Of a stretch of 39,830 bases of DNA, positions 1 through 12,355 are shown piece after piece (position 1 is the stretch's first letter; every line of letters starts with the position of its first letter). Where the stretch lies: positions 304,900 through 344,729 of the forward strand of contig WELA01003517.1 of assembly GCA_009602735.1 (NCBI GenBank), in the 5' to 3' direction. The DNA comes from Mesotaenium endlicherianum (Eukaryota). Under the pieces are notes generated by a model, which saw only the letters and a program-made list of their open reading frames with translations, searched no databases and had not been told where the DNA came from. Made by a program: the position numbers and the translations under genes.

Positions 1-841
1 CCTAGCTTAGTCAGCTTTCCGGCATACTGGACTGTGAAACCCATTCACCTCTGAGCGTCGGGTTTGACCTCACTTCTGGTCAAGTTCACTCGTCGTCTAA
101 ACTAGTGCTGACCTGTCGGTGGTCAACTGATGGGACTGAAGTCAGCGCTGACTTCTGACCCTGGGCGGGTCGTGACTTGTGCTGCGGCACCGTCAGACGG
201 ATAGCAGTCGCCACAACCAGCCCTTACTGTCCATAATGTCATTTCACTTATACGAACTGATATTCATACTTGTCGGTTGCATTAGAACCTGCGCCTGTTA
301 TGGAGCCACCTTAGAAATTGCCGCATGTGCGGATGCTGGCGGATGCAAGATCGCGCGGCAATACATCGGTGACCGCAATTAGGATCGATCCCAATCTGCG
401 TGTTTACTTCCAAATTTTCGTCTTTGTCTTAAAGTCGGTCGCAGTGAAATGTGCGCCTTTTACAGAGCCACATTAAGAGACTCCACGAATGGATGCAAGA
501 TTGGATCTTCAAGCAAAGAAGCCTAGTCGTGAAGCAAATTTTTTGATCTAGCTGTCTAGTGTCACAGACCATCTTAATTGCTTGAAGTGGTGCTGCAGGA
601 TCAGCGTGTACAATGGTATATTTAATCTTCTTAGAGCTGCGTTTGGATCGATAGGCTGCTGAAACCCGAGGAAGACCGAATATTGATGATCATTTCCCTT
701 GCTCTGCCTGTGAAGGACTGTTGCTCTCCGTTTTTCATAGTCAGCAGCTAGACGGGCTCCGGACTGCCTTATTGTTGACAACAAAATGCCAGAACCTAAG
801 GTTCTTTGACCTGTTTCGGTGCGGACGAAGTACACTTCAGT

Positions 842-1618
842 ATGGCTCTTTCGACACCTGCCTCAAGTGAGCCTGTGGGTCAGACAAATGCCGCCCGAAG
901 TCCGGCGTCGGCGTCTGAGCTAGACGTCGAATCTGGGACAAGCTCTTCGAATGGTCCACCTACACTCGTGCTTCCCTTCCACAGCAGTCCAAAATACACC
1001 TCTGCCCCGTCCAGCTCATCAGTTCCTCAGGGCAAAGCGCATGACCACGGCTACCACCCACCCTCGCCTCCAACTTTTGGCCTCTCCTCTCCCTCTCGTG
1101 CAGCTGCTCCAGTGCCTCCGCCAGCAAGAGCCCAGCAGGCTTCTAGAAGTTCCCAGCAGTCCACGTCCTCAGAGTCGGTAGTCATATCCCCTGTTCTCGC
1201 CCTAGATGCTTACTCTGTCCCGAGCCTATCCCTCCCTTCGCCTGTCCCCCGGGGCCCTCCGTCGTTCTTTGAGGGAGACGATGGTGCTGCTGGGCCGGGG
1301 GTGTACGGCACGGATCTATCGGAGGACAATCTCAACGGTGCTGAGACATCGGAGCCATTTGTGCAATTCACTGCCAGCTTGGTACGCCCCTGTCCGACCA
1401 TGGCTACCATGTCGCACCCCCTCCCCTGCCCTACCCCTCCCTCCGGTGTCCTGACCAGCTCTAGTGTCAACACATATGCACACATGCACGCACGCACGCA
1501 CGCACATACGCAGGCACGCACACACCAGGCACACACGTGCACACACACGCAGACGCACGCACACGCACTCACATACGCACACGCACACGCGCACACTCAC
1601 GCACACGCGCGCGCGCGT

Positions 1619-1666
<48 letters not shown>

Positions 1667-2712
1667 GCGCACGCACAAACACACGCTTACATGCATGCAC
1701 GTACTTTGAGGTGACACGCACGCACGCACACCACGGCCGACGCCGCCCGGCGATGAATCAGCGAGTAACACTACGAAGCAAGCTGCAGTGGCTGCTGCCA
1801 TGGACGCGCGCCCACCTTACCTGCAGCCTGCACATATGGGACGCCCGCTCCGCTCTCACAACCAGCACAGTGCGCGCCCCAGCATGCACGCCAGCACGCG
1901 CGCCAGCTGGCATGATGGATGGAAGCCTGCAACAGCTCCCTGTGTGTCGGCGCCTCTCTCTCCCCTCCCTTTCCCCGTCGGCCCAAGACTCCCGAGCGCG
2001 CCTGCGCAGGCACGCTCGCGAAGTTGGACCGTCCTCTGGCGGCTGCAGCCAGAATGTCTACAACTGTCGCCTCCTGCCTGCTTGCCAGCGTGTGTCCCAG
2101 CCTCCATCATGCCGCTGACATTGACATCAACAACGGCAGTGGTGCTGCTGCTGCTTCCTTTGCTGCGGCTCCTGCTGCTGCTCCTGCTGCTGCCCCTGCT
2201 GCCTCTGCTGCTGCTAATGCGGGTGCTCCTGCTGCCCCTGCTGCTGCTGCTGCTGCTTTGCGAGTGCGGCAGGTGCACAACGAGCGGCGGGTCACCAACA
2301 CGGCCAGCCTCGGGGTATTCGGCGCGCTGCTCTCGCCCGTGTGCGAGCGCGCCGCCCCTCGCCCGCCCGCCATCCGCCGGCGGCCCCTCCAGTGCGAGGC
2401 CTGCGGCGCCTACTCCAACCTGTACTGCGCGCTCGTGCCGCACACGGGCGAGTGGCGCTGCGTCTTCTGCGGGCGCGGCAACTTCAGCCAGGGCGAGTAC
2501 ATGGTCGCGCGCGGCGAGGGCTTCGGGCAGTGGGCCGAGCTGGGGTGCCGCGTGGTGGAGTACACCGATGCAAGCGCGCGCCGGCTCTCGACGGCGTCGG
2601 AGGCGGCGGCCATGGGGGCGCCCACTGTTCTGGTGGTCGACGAGAGCCTGGATGCGCAGCCCATGCGGCAGCTGCAGGCGTCGCTGCTGGTGCGTGCCGC
2701 CTCTCCCTCTTG

Positions 2713-2770
<58 letters not shown>

Positions 2771-5700
2771 NNNNNNNNNNNNNNNNNNNNNNNNNNNNNN
2801 NNNNNNNNNNNNNNNNNNNNNNNNNNNNNNNNNNNNNNNNNNNNNNNNNNNNNNNNNNNNNNNNNNNNNNNNNNNNNNNNNNNNNNNNNNNNNNNNNNNN
2901 NNNNNNNNNNNNNNNNNNNNNNNNNNNNNNNNNNNNNNNNNNNNNNNNNNNNNNNNNNNNNNNNNNNNNNNNNNNNNNNNNNNNNNNNNNNNNNNNNNNN
3001 NNNNNNNNNNNNNNNNNNNNNNNNNNNNNNNNNNNNNNNNNNNNNNNNNNNNNNNNNNNNNNNNNNNNNNNNNNNNNNNNNNNNNNNNNNNNNNNNNNNN
3101 NNNNNNNNNNNNNNNNNNNNNNNNNNNNNNNNNNNNNNNNNNNNNNNNNNNNNNNNNNNNNNNNNNNNNNNNNNNNNNNNNNNNNNNNNNNNNNNNNNNN
3201 NNNNNNNNNNNNNNNNNNNNNNNNNNNNNNNNNNNNNNNNNNNNNNNNNNNNNNNNNNNNNNNNNNNNNNNNNNNNNNNNNNNNNNNNNNNNNNNNNNNN
3301 NNNNNNNNNNNNNNNNNNNNNNNNNNNNNNNNNNNNNNNNNNNNNNNNNNNNNNNNNNNNNNNNNNNNNNNNNNNNNNNNNNNNNNNNNNNNNNNNNNNN
3401 NNNNNNNNNNNNNNNNNNNNNNNNNNNNNNNNNNNNNNNNNNNNNNNNNNNNNNNNNNNNNNNNNNNNNNNNNNNNNNNNNNNNNNNNNNNNNNNNNNNN
3501 NNNNNNNNNNNNNNNNNNNNNNNNNNNNNNNNNNNNNNNNNNNNNNNNNNNNNNNNNNNNNNNNNNNNNNNNNNNNNNNNNNNNNNNNNNNNNNNNNNNN
3601 NCCCCCCCCCTCCCCACATGTGTGTATGTGTGTGTGTGAAAATGTGTACACATGCATGTCTGTCTTGGGTGGGGTGCTGGCCCAGCTAGGTTTGGGGTTT
3701 GAGGTTCTACATCACACGACGGGTGCGGTGCTTGGCAAGAGAGGCAGGGCGGAAGGGAGAGGGGGAGATAGGAAAGTGGAAGAGAGGAAAGGAGGAAGGA
3801 AGAGAAGAAGGGGTTGTGGCAGGGACCAACACTGACAGGTGGCACGCAGCTCTATCGGCAAGCGCATCCATCCACTTCCCAGGCAGATCACGCCTTGAAG
3901 GCAATCTGGCACTCTGCCTTCCTTGCACGATGCGGCAGGGACACGCCGTGTCGTCCTCGTGAGCGAGGGGAACGGGGAGTGAGCGAGCAAGGATAGGTGG
4001 CAGGTCCAGGGCATGAAAGCGAAGAGGTTGAGGGTGATGACGCCGTTGACGATGATAATGATGGTGCCGGTGACGATGATGGTGCGAGTCTGGGACCAGT
4101 CTGACCGAGGGGGAGAGGAGCGGGGGGAGAGGGACGGCTGCGGGGCTGCAGGACCTGCTGGGCAGCCTGCCGCCGTCGCTGCGCATCGGCATTGTCACCT
4201 ACGGCGCCAGCGTAGCCGTCTACGACGTGGCGCTGCCAGGTGTCGCATCCGCCGACGTGCTCCCGGGCGGCGCCCCCCTGGGGCCCGCCTCCCTCAAGGC
4301 CCTGCTTTACGGCACAGGCACCCACGTGGCGCCGCTGCACGCGTGCCTGCCAGTGGTCCAGGGCATCGTCGCGTCTCTGCGGCCCTACCGGGGCGGCCTG
4401 CCAGTTGACGAGCGTGCGCGCGCTATGGGCGTGGCCATCCAGGTGGCTTTGGCGCTTGTGCGTGGGCCCGCCTCCGAGCTCCCCCGCAGCCCGATGAAGC
4501 GCTCGGGCGGCATCAGCCGCGTGATCGCGTGTGCTGGCGGCCCCCCCACGCACGGGCCCGGGGGGGTGTCTCTGGCCGCCACGGGGGCAGCGCCGGCGAC
4601 AACGGAGGAGCAGGTGTACGAGCACAGGAGCGCCGTCAAATTCATGGAGGGCCTGGGGAGGGAGGCCCGCCGGCTGGAGACTGCTGTCGATGTGCTGATG
4701 TGCTGTGGCGCGGCGGCGGCGGCGGGCGGCGGCGCGGGCAGCGGGGGCGTGTGNAGGAGTCGCAGGAGCAGGTGCGCGACCCCGCCACGGAGCAGCCCTT
4801 CCCGGAGGACCGCTCGAGCGTGCTGGAGATGCTGGGCGTGGAGGACGGGCTGGGGCTGGCGCTCAGCTTTGAGCTGCTGCAGGACGTGCCGCACCCCTTC
4901 CTGCACTTCCAGTTCGCCACCTCCTACACCAACCTCCAGCAGCTGGGTGCGCACACACGCTCGCGCGCGCTTGCGCTCTCTCTACCTCACTCTGCCTCTC
5001 TGCCCACCGCTCCTCTGGTCAGGTTGGGGTTTGGAACTCGGGTTTAGGGGTTCCCGTTGGCGCTCTGGCCCTCCACCACTTGCCCGGCGTGCGCACACTC
5101 CCTGTCTGTGTGGCGTGCTTCCTCTCCCCAGCAGCGTGGTTGTCTCTGCCTGTGCTGTGCTGTGCAGATGAAGGGGCTGGTCTGCCTGCTGCCTGCCTGG
5201 AGCCTGCGAGTGCATACGACTGCATCGTCATCATTCAAGCTCAGCAGTAGAAGCAGCAGCCTAGATAGAGCTTAACATTCAAACTTACATACCGCCAGTT
5301 AGCGCACGGGCGGGCAGGCAAACAGGCAGGCAGGCTGGCAGTTGGTCTGCCTGGCCTGTCAGGCAGCTTGGCTGCAGTAGAAGAGCTCTAAGTGAGCGCG
5401 CTGTCGAAGGTGGGGGCGGTGGGATGCCTGCAGGCGTGGTGCGCGTGGTGACGGTGCGCGTGCCGACAACTGGCAGCGTCACGGCGTACCTGCAGGCGGT
5501 CGACCAGGAGGCCGCGGCCGTACACATCGCCAAGCGCACGCTGCTGCTGGCGGAGTCGGCGGCGGGCGCGCGCGAGCAGCGCCGCGTCGTCGACGACCGC
5601 GTCAAAGACCTCGCCAAGCGCTTCGGCGCGCCGGCTCTGCCCGGCACCCGCCTCCTGCGCTTCCCCAAGGAGCTTCCCAGGTGTGCTTCTTGCTACCCGC

Positions 5701-8001
5701 TACTGCTACTGCGCCCCAGCTGCTACTGCAGCTCTCATCCTCTCCCCTTCCTCTCCGGCCCTCCTGCTCCCTCTGCCGGCCCCCCTCCCTTCCCCCTTCT
5801 CCTACCCCTCCCCCTTGCCCTTCTGCCCTCCCCACCCTTCTTCCCCCCTGTCCGCCCCTCTGGCTCCTTGTCCTCCTACTTCCGTTCCTCTTTTTTTGAC
5901 ACCCCCACCTGCTCCCCTCTCCCTCCCCTTCCCTCTGTCTCCTACGCCTCCCTCCTTTCCCACTAATTCAATTCTCCTCGCGGCCAGCACCAGGGGAGGG
6001 GGCTGGGCGGACAGGGCCGGTGAGAACGAGCAGGGGGGCTGGCTGGCACACGCGCAGTTGAGGAGGTTCCAGCCCTCCATGTGGGGAGGACGTGTAGCTG
6101 CTTTTCCTTGCGCTGCGAATTATCTTGGGGAAGCAGCGTGCAGAGGAGGGAAGCCCTGCCCCCCTGCCCCCCGCTCCCTTCTCTTTCTTTTGCTGCTGTG
6201 GAATGTGGTGGTGTGGGGAAGTGAGCATCACTCAGGTGGGTGGGTGCGCTGGAGGGAGTGAGAGCCCTCCGCCTGCTCTTCGAGGTGTTTCCACGCAGGG
6301 AGGGCACACAGGTGTCAGCTCCAGAGATTGCGCTCCCGTGCTTGGGGGCGTGCACGTGCTCTCTCGACGGGGCCAAGAGAGCTTGCAAGTGTCACATCTC
6401 AATTGTTCCTTACGAGACGGAGGTGCTCGCTGCTGCGTTTCGGGTAGGGTAAAGGAGGGTAGGTAAGTATAGGTCAGGGTAGCGCGGGGCCTTGCCGCCT
6501 CCTGGGCTGGCTCGTTTGCCGCGCCCAGGACTCGCCCCTGGAAGAAAGCGAATGCGATAGCGACCAGGGGCGGTTGCTGCCTCGTGCCGTGCCTGCACAT
6601 GCATCTGAGGGGGATGGGCGCGGGCTCACACGCGTACAGGCGTGCACAGGAGCTTGGCTCGCACGCGCTCCCTTTGGTGTGCACGCTCTTCTGTGTGGGT
6701 GCGCGCACTTGTGTGTGTGTGCGCGCGTGTGTGTGCCTGTCTGTGTGGATGCGTGCATGGGCGCGTGTGTGCGTAGGTGGGTAGGTGTGTGCGCGTGTGC
6801 GTATGTCTGCGTGTGCGCATGCGCGCGTGCCCGTGGGTGCCTGTATGTGTGCGCCTGTGCATGCACGCCCCCTCATCCCCTCAAATTCAATGCTAAGACG
6901 GGTGGATGGCAATGCACGCATGCTCCTCAGGCTGGCGGAGGCGCTCTACCACCTGCGGCGGGGGCCCCTGCTGGGTGGCGAGGCGGGCGGCGGCAGCGCG
7001 CACGAGGAGGACGAGCGCGCCATGCTGCGCAGCCTCTTCCTGCGCGCCACGTGTGAGCAGGCCCTGCCCATACTGGTGCCGCGCGTTTTCCTGCTCGCGC
7101 CGCCGCCGCCGCCGGGGGAGGGGGGCGCCGCCAGGTTCGCGGAGGTGCCGCCCTACGACCTGGCGCAGCAGCCTCGCGCCGCGCTCGTGCTGGACCACGG
7201 CACCGATATCTTCACCTGGCTGGTGCGCATCAGCAGCAGAACCTGCTCCTATCGCCCTAGCTCACTTGCAAGACCTGCAGCCCGCTTGACTTGGGTCTGG
7301 AGCGGGGGCGCAAACGTGTGGGCGTGGACGTGGGCGCGGGCGGGGGGTGGGGAGGGGGGGGAGAGAGGGTCAAGCATTAGCCCAACTACCAGGCCCATGC
7401 TGCCAGAAAAGAAGCGCATGAGATCTGTTGTTGAGATGCTGCATTTTGCCCCTTGAGGGTATGGGTGTTGTCTGGGCATTCTCCTCATGTGTTGCAGACT
7501 GAGATGCTCGCGCTCTCTCGCACAAAGCAGTCTCTTATTCTCGAGGCACTCTCTTCCTATTGCGCTCGTCAGCTCCTCACATCGGCGGTGGAGGCGCCTG
7601 CAGCGCTGGTGGGCCCTGGTGGGCCCCGTGTCATGGGCGTGCAGTACCATGCAGCACACCTTTGGGGGTGCAAAGTGCGAAGGAGCCAGGCAGCCGCCGC
7701 TAGGAGCTCGCCGAGGGGTTCCCCTCATGTCGCAGCAGGCAGGGATAGTAGCAGCAGCAGCAGCAGCAGCTGGTTCCTGGCTCTGCTCTGCTCTGCTTGC
7801 CCTGCTGCTTCGTCTATACAGGGAAGCGCTCTGGCTGGGACTAGGGCCAAGGTCTATCCATGGCTGGACTGGGGCTGGGGTCAGATGAGGGTCGGATGTG
7901 TAGGCTTGAGGCGTCGGTGGGGGCCAGGCTGGCCGCTTGGGCTGGAAGTAGGGCTTGGGCAGAGCTAGGGCTAGGGTTGAAATCAGGATTACTATTGGAG
8001 C

Positions 8002-8033
<32 letters not shown>

Positions 8034-8208
8034 GGCGGCGGCGGCGGCGTGGTTGTGCAATCTTCCTTGTGCCGGTGTCTGCCTTGGGGCACATGGGTCA
8101 TTTCAGATGTGTGCGCACTCGCCAGTGAGAGTGGTGCCTGGTCACAAGGAGCATGATTATTTGTGCACTGATGCTGCTCTCTCTGTGTGAGTGTGTGTGT
8201 CTGTCTCT

Positions 8209-8258
<50 letters not shown>

Positions 8259-9717
8259 ACGCTTGCGCGTGTGCCACCCGCCATCGGTGGAGCAGGGTGC
8301 TGAGCTGGCGCGAGATGGGGCCGCCAGGGAGACCGCGGAGCAGGCGTGCGCGGGCCTCGCAGCGGAACTCTCAGCCGCCCGCTTCCCGGCCCCGCGCCAG
8401 CTCGTCGCCCGGGTACGTCGCGCTGCAGCCTCCCGCCCTGCCTCACAGAGAGATCGCTTGTCAAGAGAAGATTCTCCTCGACCCAAGCCCTCTTTGAGAG
8501 CCTGGCACTGCTTGGTTCCTCGCTTGCCATGTGTGCACTCCCTGGCGCTGCTCTCTGCCAGACATACTGGACACGCCTCAGCGAGTTTGGTAGGGGGTCG
8601 GTGAGTCGTTCAATCGATGGGTAGTGATGGGTAGTGTATTGGTCAGCCTGCTGGGTTGGTGGTCAAGCACCTCTGCGTGTTGTGTGTAGCATTCAATCTC
8701 TTCGCCCGCCACCTGCAGCGGGGAGGAGCACATGGCTGGGGGCTTGCGGCCGGGCCGCGGCCTCCAAGGAAGCGGCTGTGGCTAGTCCTTCTCTGTGTGC
8801 ACACTCCCCCGCACGCGTGCGCTTGTGTGTGTGCATGCGGGTCTGAGAGCGTGCGTGGCGTGTATGGCGTGCGCGCGCGCCCTTGCGGTGATTGGAGCGT
8901 TTGGCACACTCTAATGGATGTGAGGGGGGTGGCTGCTGCTGTTGCTGCTGCGGCGGACATGTGGATGTATGGGCGGCGGGGCGTGCAGGAGGGGACCTCA
9001 GCGGCCAATCACATCGCAGCGAGACTTGTGCCGGCTCACAAGGATGCACCCTCGGATCAGGTGGGTTGACGGCCTGGGCTTCTTGCCCCTCCTCCCTTCC
9101 CTCCTCTTCTTCCCCCATCTTCGTCCCCTCCCCTTTATCTCTTGAACCACCGGGACTCACTTGTCCCGCCAGGCCTCCTTGTTTTGCCCGCCAGTTCTTC
9201 TAAGCACGTGCGGTCTCGAGCATGCAAAGTCCTGTCGGCACCAGCTTCTTCGTTCTGCGGGAAGGGAGCCCGGCGTGTACAGCCCTGATACGAGCTTTGA
9301 ATGTGCGGGTATATGCGGGGATATGCGGGGATATGTGTGAGCCGTGCTTACGATGGGTGGAGCTTCTTGTGGGAGAAGATGCTGAGCTGTCGCGTATGCA
9401 CGTATTTGAATCAGCATGTGCTGTGTGGTGCACCTCGATCTGGTTGCTTGTGGCGATACATGGAACTACATTGTTTGTTACTTTAAGGGCGCGTGCGTCG
9501 TCTTTTGTGTTAGGAACACACGCACAACCTGCGTGAAGGAGAAGGCCTCGTCTTTATTTCATCGCACTCTTTTTCCCTCCCGTTGCAGGAGGCCTGGTTC
9601 CCGCAGCTGGCACAGCTGTCGCCGGAGGAGCGCTCCAACTTGAGAGCCAAGTTTGTCCCCACCGATGACCTCAGCTTTTTGGAGTGGATGCGGGGCCTGC
9701 GATTGGCACCATACTGA
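842..9717 (+). CDS. SEC23A: COPII coat protein Sec23, plant SEC23A/D-type (multi-exon)
   Basis: Exons from GT-AG sites and frame: 842-1381, 2273-2689, 4152-~4753, [N at 4754] 4755-4946, 5434-5680, 6931-7222, 8296-8412, 8989-9060, 9589-9717 (TGA). Motifs: Pro/Ser-rich N-terminus, zinc finger CEAC..CVFC, trunk/vWA ([33 protein letters not shown]), helical domain [10 protein letters not shown], gelsolin-like [25 protein letters not shown]-terminal SFLEWMRGL. These are colinear with my recollection of Arabidopsis SEC23A. Part of the coding sequence is missing at N4754. Confidence 0.93.
1470..1730. repeat. Imperfect (CA)n/(CACG)n microsatellite in SEC23 intron 1
   Basis: Visible directly; produces spurious His/Thr- and Cys/Val-rich ORFs. 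Confidence 0.95.
2140..2257. repeat. Imperfect (CTG)n repeat upstream of the SEC23 exon 2 acceptor
   Basis: Visible directly. Confidence 0.9.
2714..3601. other. (CT)n microsatellite running into an 831-nt assembly gap (2771-3601)
   Basis: N run. The flanking SEC23 exons join without missing residues (QASLL|DLLGSL), so the gap is probably purely intronic. Confidence 0.95.
8183..8256. repeat. (TG)n microsatellite upstream of a SEC23 acceptor
   Basis: Visible directly. Confidence 0.95.
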
Positions 9718-10348
9718 GCAAACGTCACTTATACCTTCTCGCACTTCGAGTTCGAATGGTTTGCGCTACAGCTCCGGCTCTTCCTCACGCAAGTACTTGT
9801 TCACAGAAATGACTCGAGCAGCCGCGACAAGCCACGACAGACTAAGAGCCATTGCTCCTCTATAGTGATGGTCCTCAGATGCAGCCCGCACAACCTTGAC
9901 CTGGCCTACGGACCAGACGAGGTGGTACCCTAAGACTGCGGGGACAGCTTGTGGTGTTTTTGAGGGTTCGACATATTTTAAAGAGGTCAAATTTGTTGAA
10001 ATGGAGGGGGTGTGCCCATAGGTAGAGTTGTGCAAGTAAGGTCTACGGCCTACAACCCAAGTAAAGGAATTAGATGTAAATAGCGTGGCTAAAAGCCGCA
10101 GCATACGACGTGCAATTTGTACTGTCTTTTTTGTGAAGAGCAAGATCGTTACTCGGGACAAATCTCACCAGGATCGAGAAAGTTCGGAAGAAAAAGCAAC
10201 GTGAAGTTAGAAGTGAAAAAAACACCAAGAGTAGCATCAGGCCGCATATACTCGTACAGAAACATTGATATGTTGATGATCATGATGAGCAAAGGATTCT
10301 CATTTTATTCTCCTGCGGTCCATTCATCAAGAACCTCCTCCTCCTCAA

Positions 10349-11254
10349 CTAAGCAGACCTAACAACCACTTGTTAGCTACATGCACCTCTTGGACATATC
10401 TTGCTGCTTTGGAACACGGGGCTGCTAGAATGCATTAACTATCTGGGTTGTGCCAATTACTCCCTGCCATCACCTGCAATTACCATGGTTTTACTAATTC
10501 TGGAGGCCACCTTCATCGTGAGTGACATTCATTGGTTTGCACATGACAAGAGCTTGGAATCCTTACAGCTCATCGTGCAGGCCACCTTCAAAGGCACACC
10601 ATATAGATTGTGAAACACCACTATGCCACACTTCATAAACAAGGAGGCATATAGTCATGTAATTGTACAAATATATTGGAGATGACTGCCTGCATGGCAG
10701 ATAGTACCCTCTAGTGGAGAGCACATTGGATTATAGAAATGTATAAAAGTGACCATTCGTGGCCTATATACACACACATTGTTCTAAGTGTGATAGTACT
10801 GCATTGTCCACCTTCATCTTCATGTAACTGTGACAAGCTTCAGAAAATGTGTGGTCATATGTTATTCGGAAAAAAACACTTCATAAGCACCATCATCAGT
10901 TGCAATTTATGAGTGGAACTTTCCCACGTCTCAAGAGAAGTGTCTCCAGGCAAGCGTTCAAGATCCTTCATTACCTTCAGGTGCCACACAACAACGTCAT
11001 CACGTCCTATAAATTTCTGCAGGCCGTGTACATTGCCTTGGGTACACAACAATCAAAAAAAGGGGAGCACCATCTATGGGGAAGAACTGCCTAAGACACC
11101 TGGTGGAGTTGTCATCGTGAACTCAAAGAGAAGAGGCAGGTTAAGCCCAACAAAACTACCTATAACAGCTGGTGGGGTAGTCCTGGCAAAAGCAAGAAGT
11201 GATGCTCCACCTCACAGAAGAAGGTGGACTATAAGCCTAAAACCTCCAATCCAT
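10349..11254 (-). CDS. Candidate micro-exon gene encoding a short unknown peptide (~48 aa, possibly longer at the N-terminus)
   Basis: Putative exons 11254-11244, 11182-11160, 11099-11091, 11006-10975, 10827-10812, 10585-10567, 10510-10484, 10358-10349. Spliced at GT/GC-AG sites they give the open frame MDWRTTPPAVIGVLGRDDVVVWHLKLHEDEGGLHDELWPPELVKPWSA*. Boundaries were chosen by eye and no family is recognised. Confidence 0.3.
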
Positions 11255-12355
11255 CCCTGTAAGACATGGCGGCAGCGACCGCTCCAGAACCTACACTCCC
11301 GGGCTGCTTGGCTGCTCTGGGCATTGCAGCAGCAACTTCAAATCTGAGGCCACCAAATGTGGGAACAACCACCAGCTGGCTCTCAGCTAGTGCTGGTCAC
11401 TACCTGCAAAGAGCTCAGCAGGAAAGGGAGTCAGACCTCCATGCTCCGTCATGCTCGACTTCAGGAACAAATGGCATGCCCCCCTAAGTGCACGTACAGA
11501 ACAGCCAAGCCTCTGCCTACTTCAGGAGGATTACGGATTGAGCAGTCGTATTTTAATGCAGACAAGCGCACGGTGGCCTTTGGAATCTGGCTCTACGTAC
11601 ATGGCTAAATGTCGCCAGCTGGCTTTCCTTGAAATGTCGTGTGCGAGACTTGCTAGATGCCTCCTCCTCCCCTACACCCTCTGCTATATGCCAGAAGCTC
11701 AAAACGACTAGCTGCCTCCTTATCGCGCTTTTACCCAAATACAGGTCAGCAGTGCTCAGCTTAGGATTTGTTTGCTAGAAGCTCTGTGCAGCATTGGGGC
11801 AGGTAACTCTCCTTCCACCTGCACAAAGAACTCATGACAAATCAAGTAACAGAAATTAGTGGCTCTGCACACACGACAGCAGCTTGGGAAAACATACTCC
11901 CAAAGCGTGTAACTTTGATGTCCCCTCTAACTTGGAGCTTCAACAGCAAGTTTTCAGGAAAAACTTGGCAGCCTGAGAAGAGGTGTTAACATAGTCACGA
12001 AACCTGAACTCATGCTTGGAACTTTACGACTTAAAAACCTCGCCAAAATAACAAACCTGCAGGTGGACATGTACAGGATAATACAATGACGCAAAATGTG
12101 AAGGCACATGAGCCATCGCAAGTCTTGTTTTCAGGCAGTGGGCGTAGGTTGTTCCTCTGACACACAGCTAGTCATTCACATCCTGCAGTGATATTCCAAG
12201 TCAGACAACACCCAACTGCGGGGACACAATGAACCTTCCATACACTAGATTCAGGTGCTCATGCAACAGGCGTACATCGACGCCTTCCACCGTCAACTTT
12301 TGTTAACAGCAACACTTCCATCGCCAGCGGGAAAGCAGGAGCTGTAACTTACAAC

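Noticed and set aside
1210..1801. His/Thr- and Cys/Val-rich ORFs, with similar ones at ~6200-6900, ~8150-8600, ~21300-21500 and ~31860-32400
   Set aside because: Translations of intronic (CA)n/(TG)n microsatellites.
1788..3845. 400-640 aa ORFs on both strands
   Set aside because: Their length comes from reading through the 831-nt N gap; only 2273-2689 is real coding sequence.
10840..10900. Possible intronic C/D-box snoRNA (TGATGA...CTGA on the minus strand)
   Set aside because: No terminal stem and no recognisable rRNA/snRNA antisense guide.
10304..11267. Alternative frame of the micro-exon chain starting at GCCGCCATG with five in-frame TGA codons (selenoprotein-like, ..TUURCC..TURUR..)
   Set aside because: TGA runs are expected out of frame of NNT-GAN codons in the stop-free frame, and I could not fold a convincing SECIS downstream. 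SECISearch would settle it.
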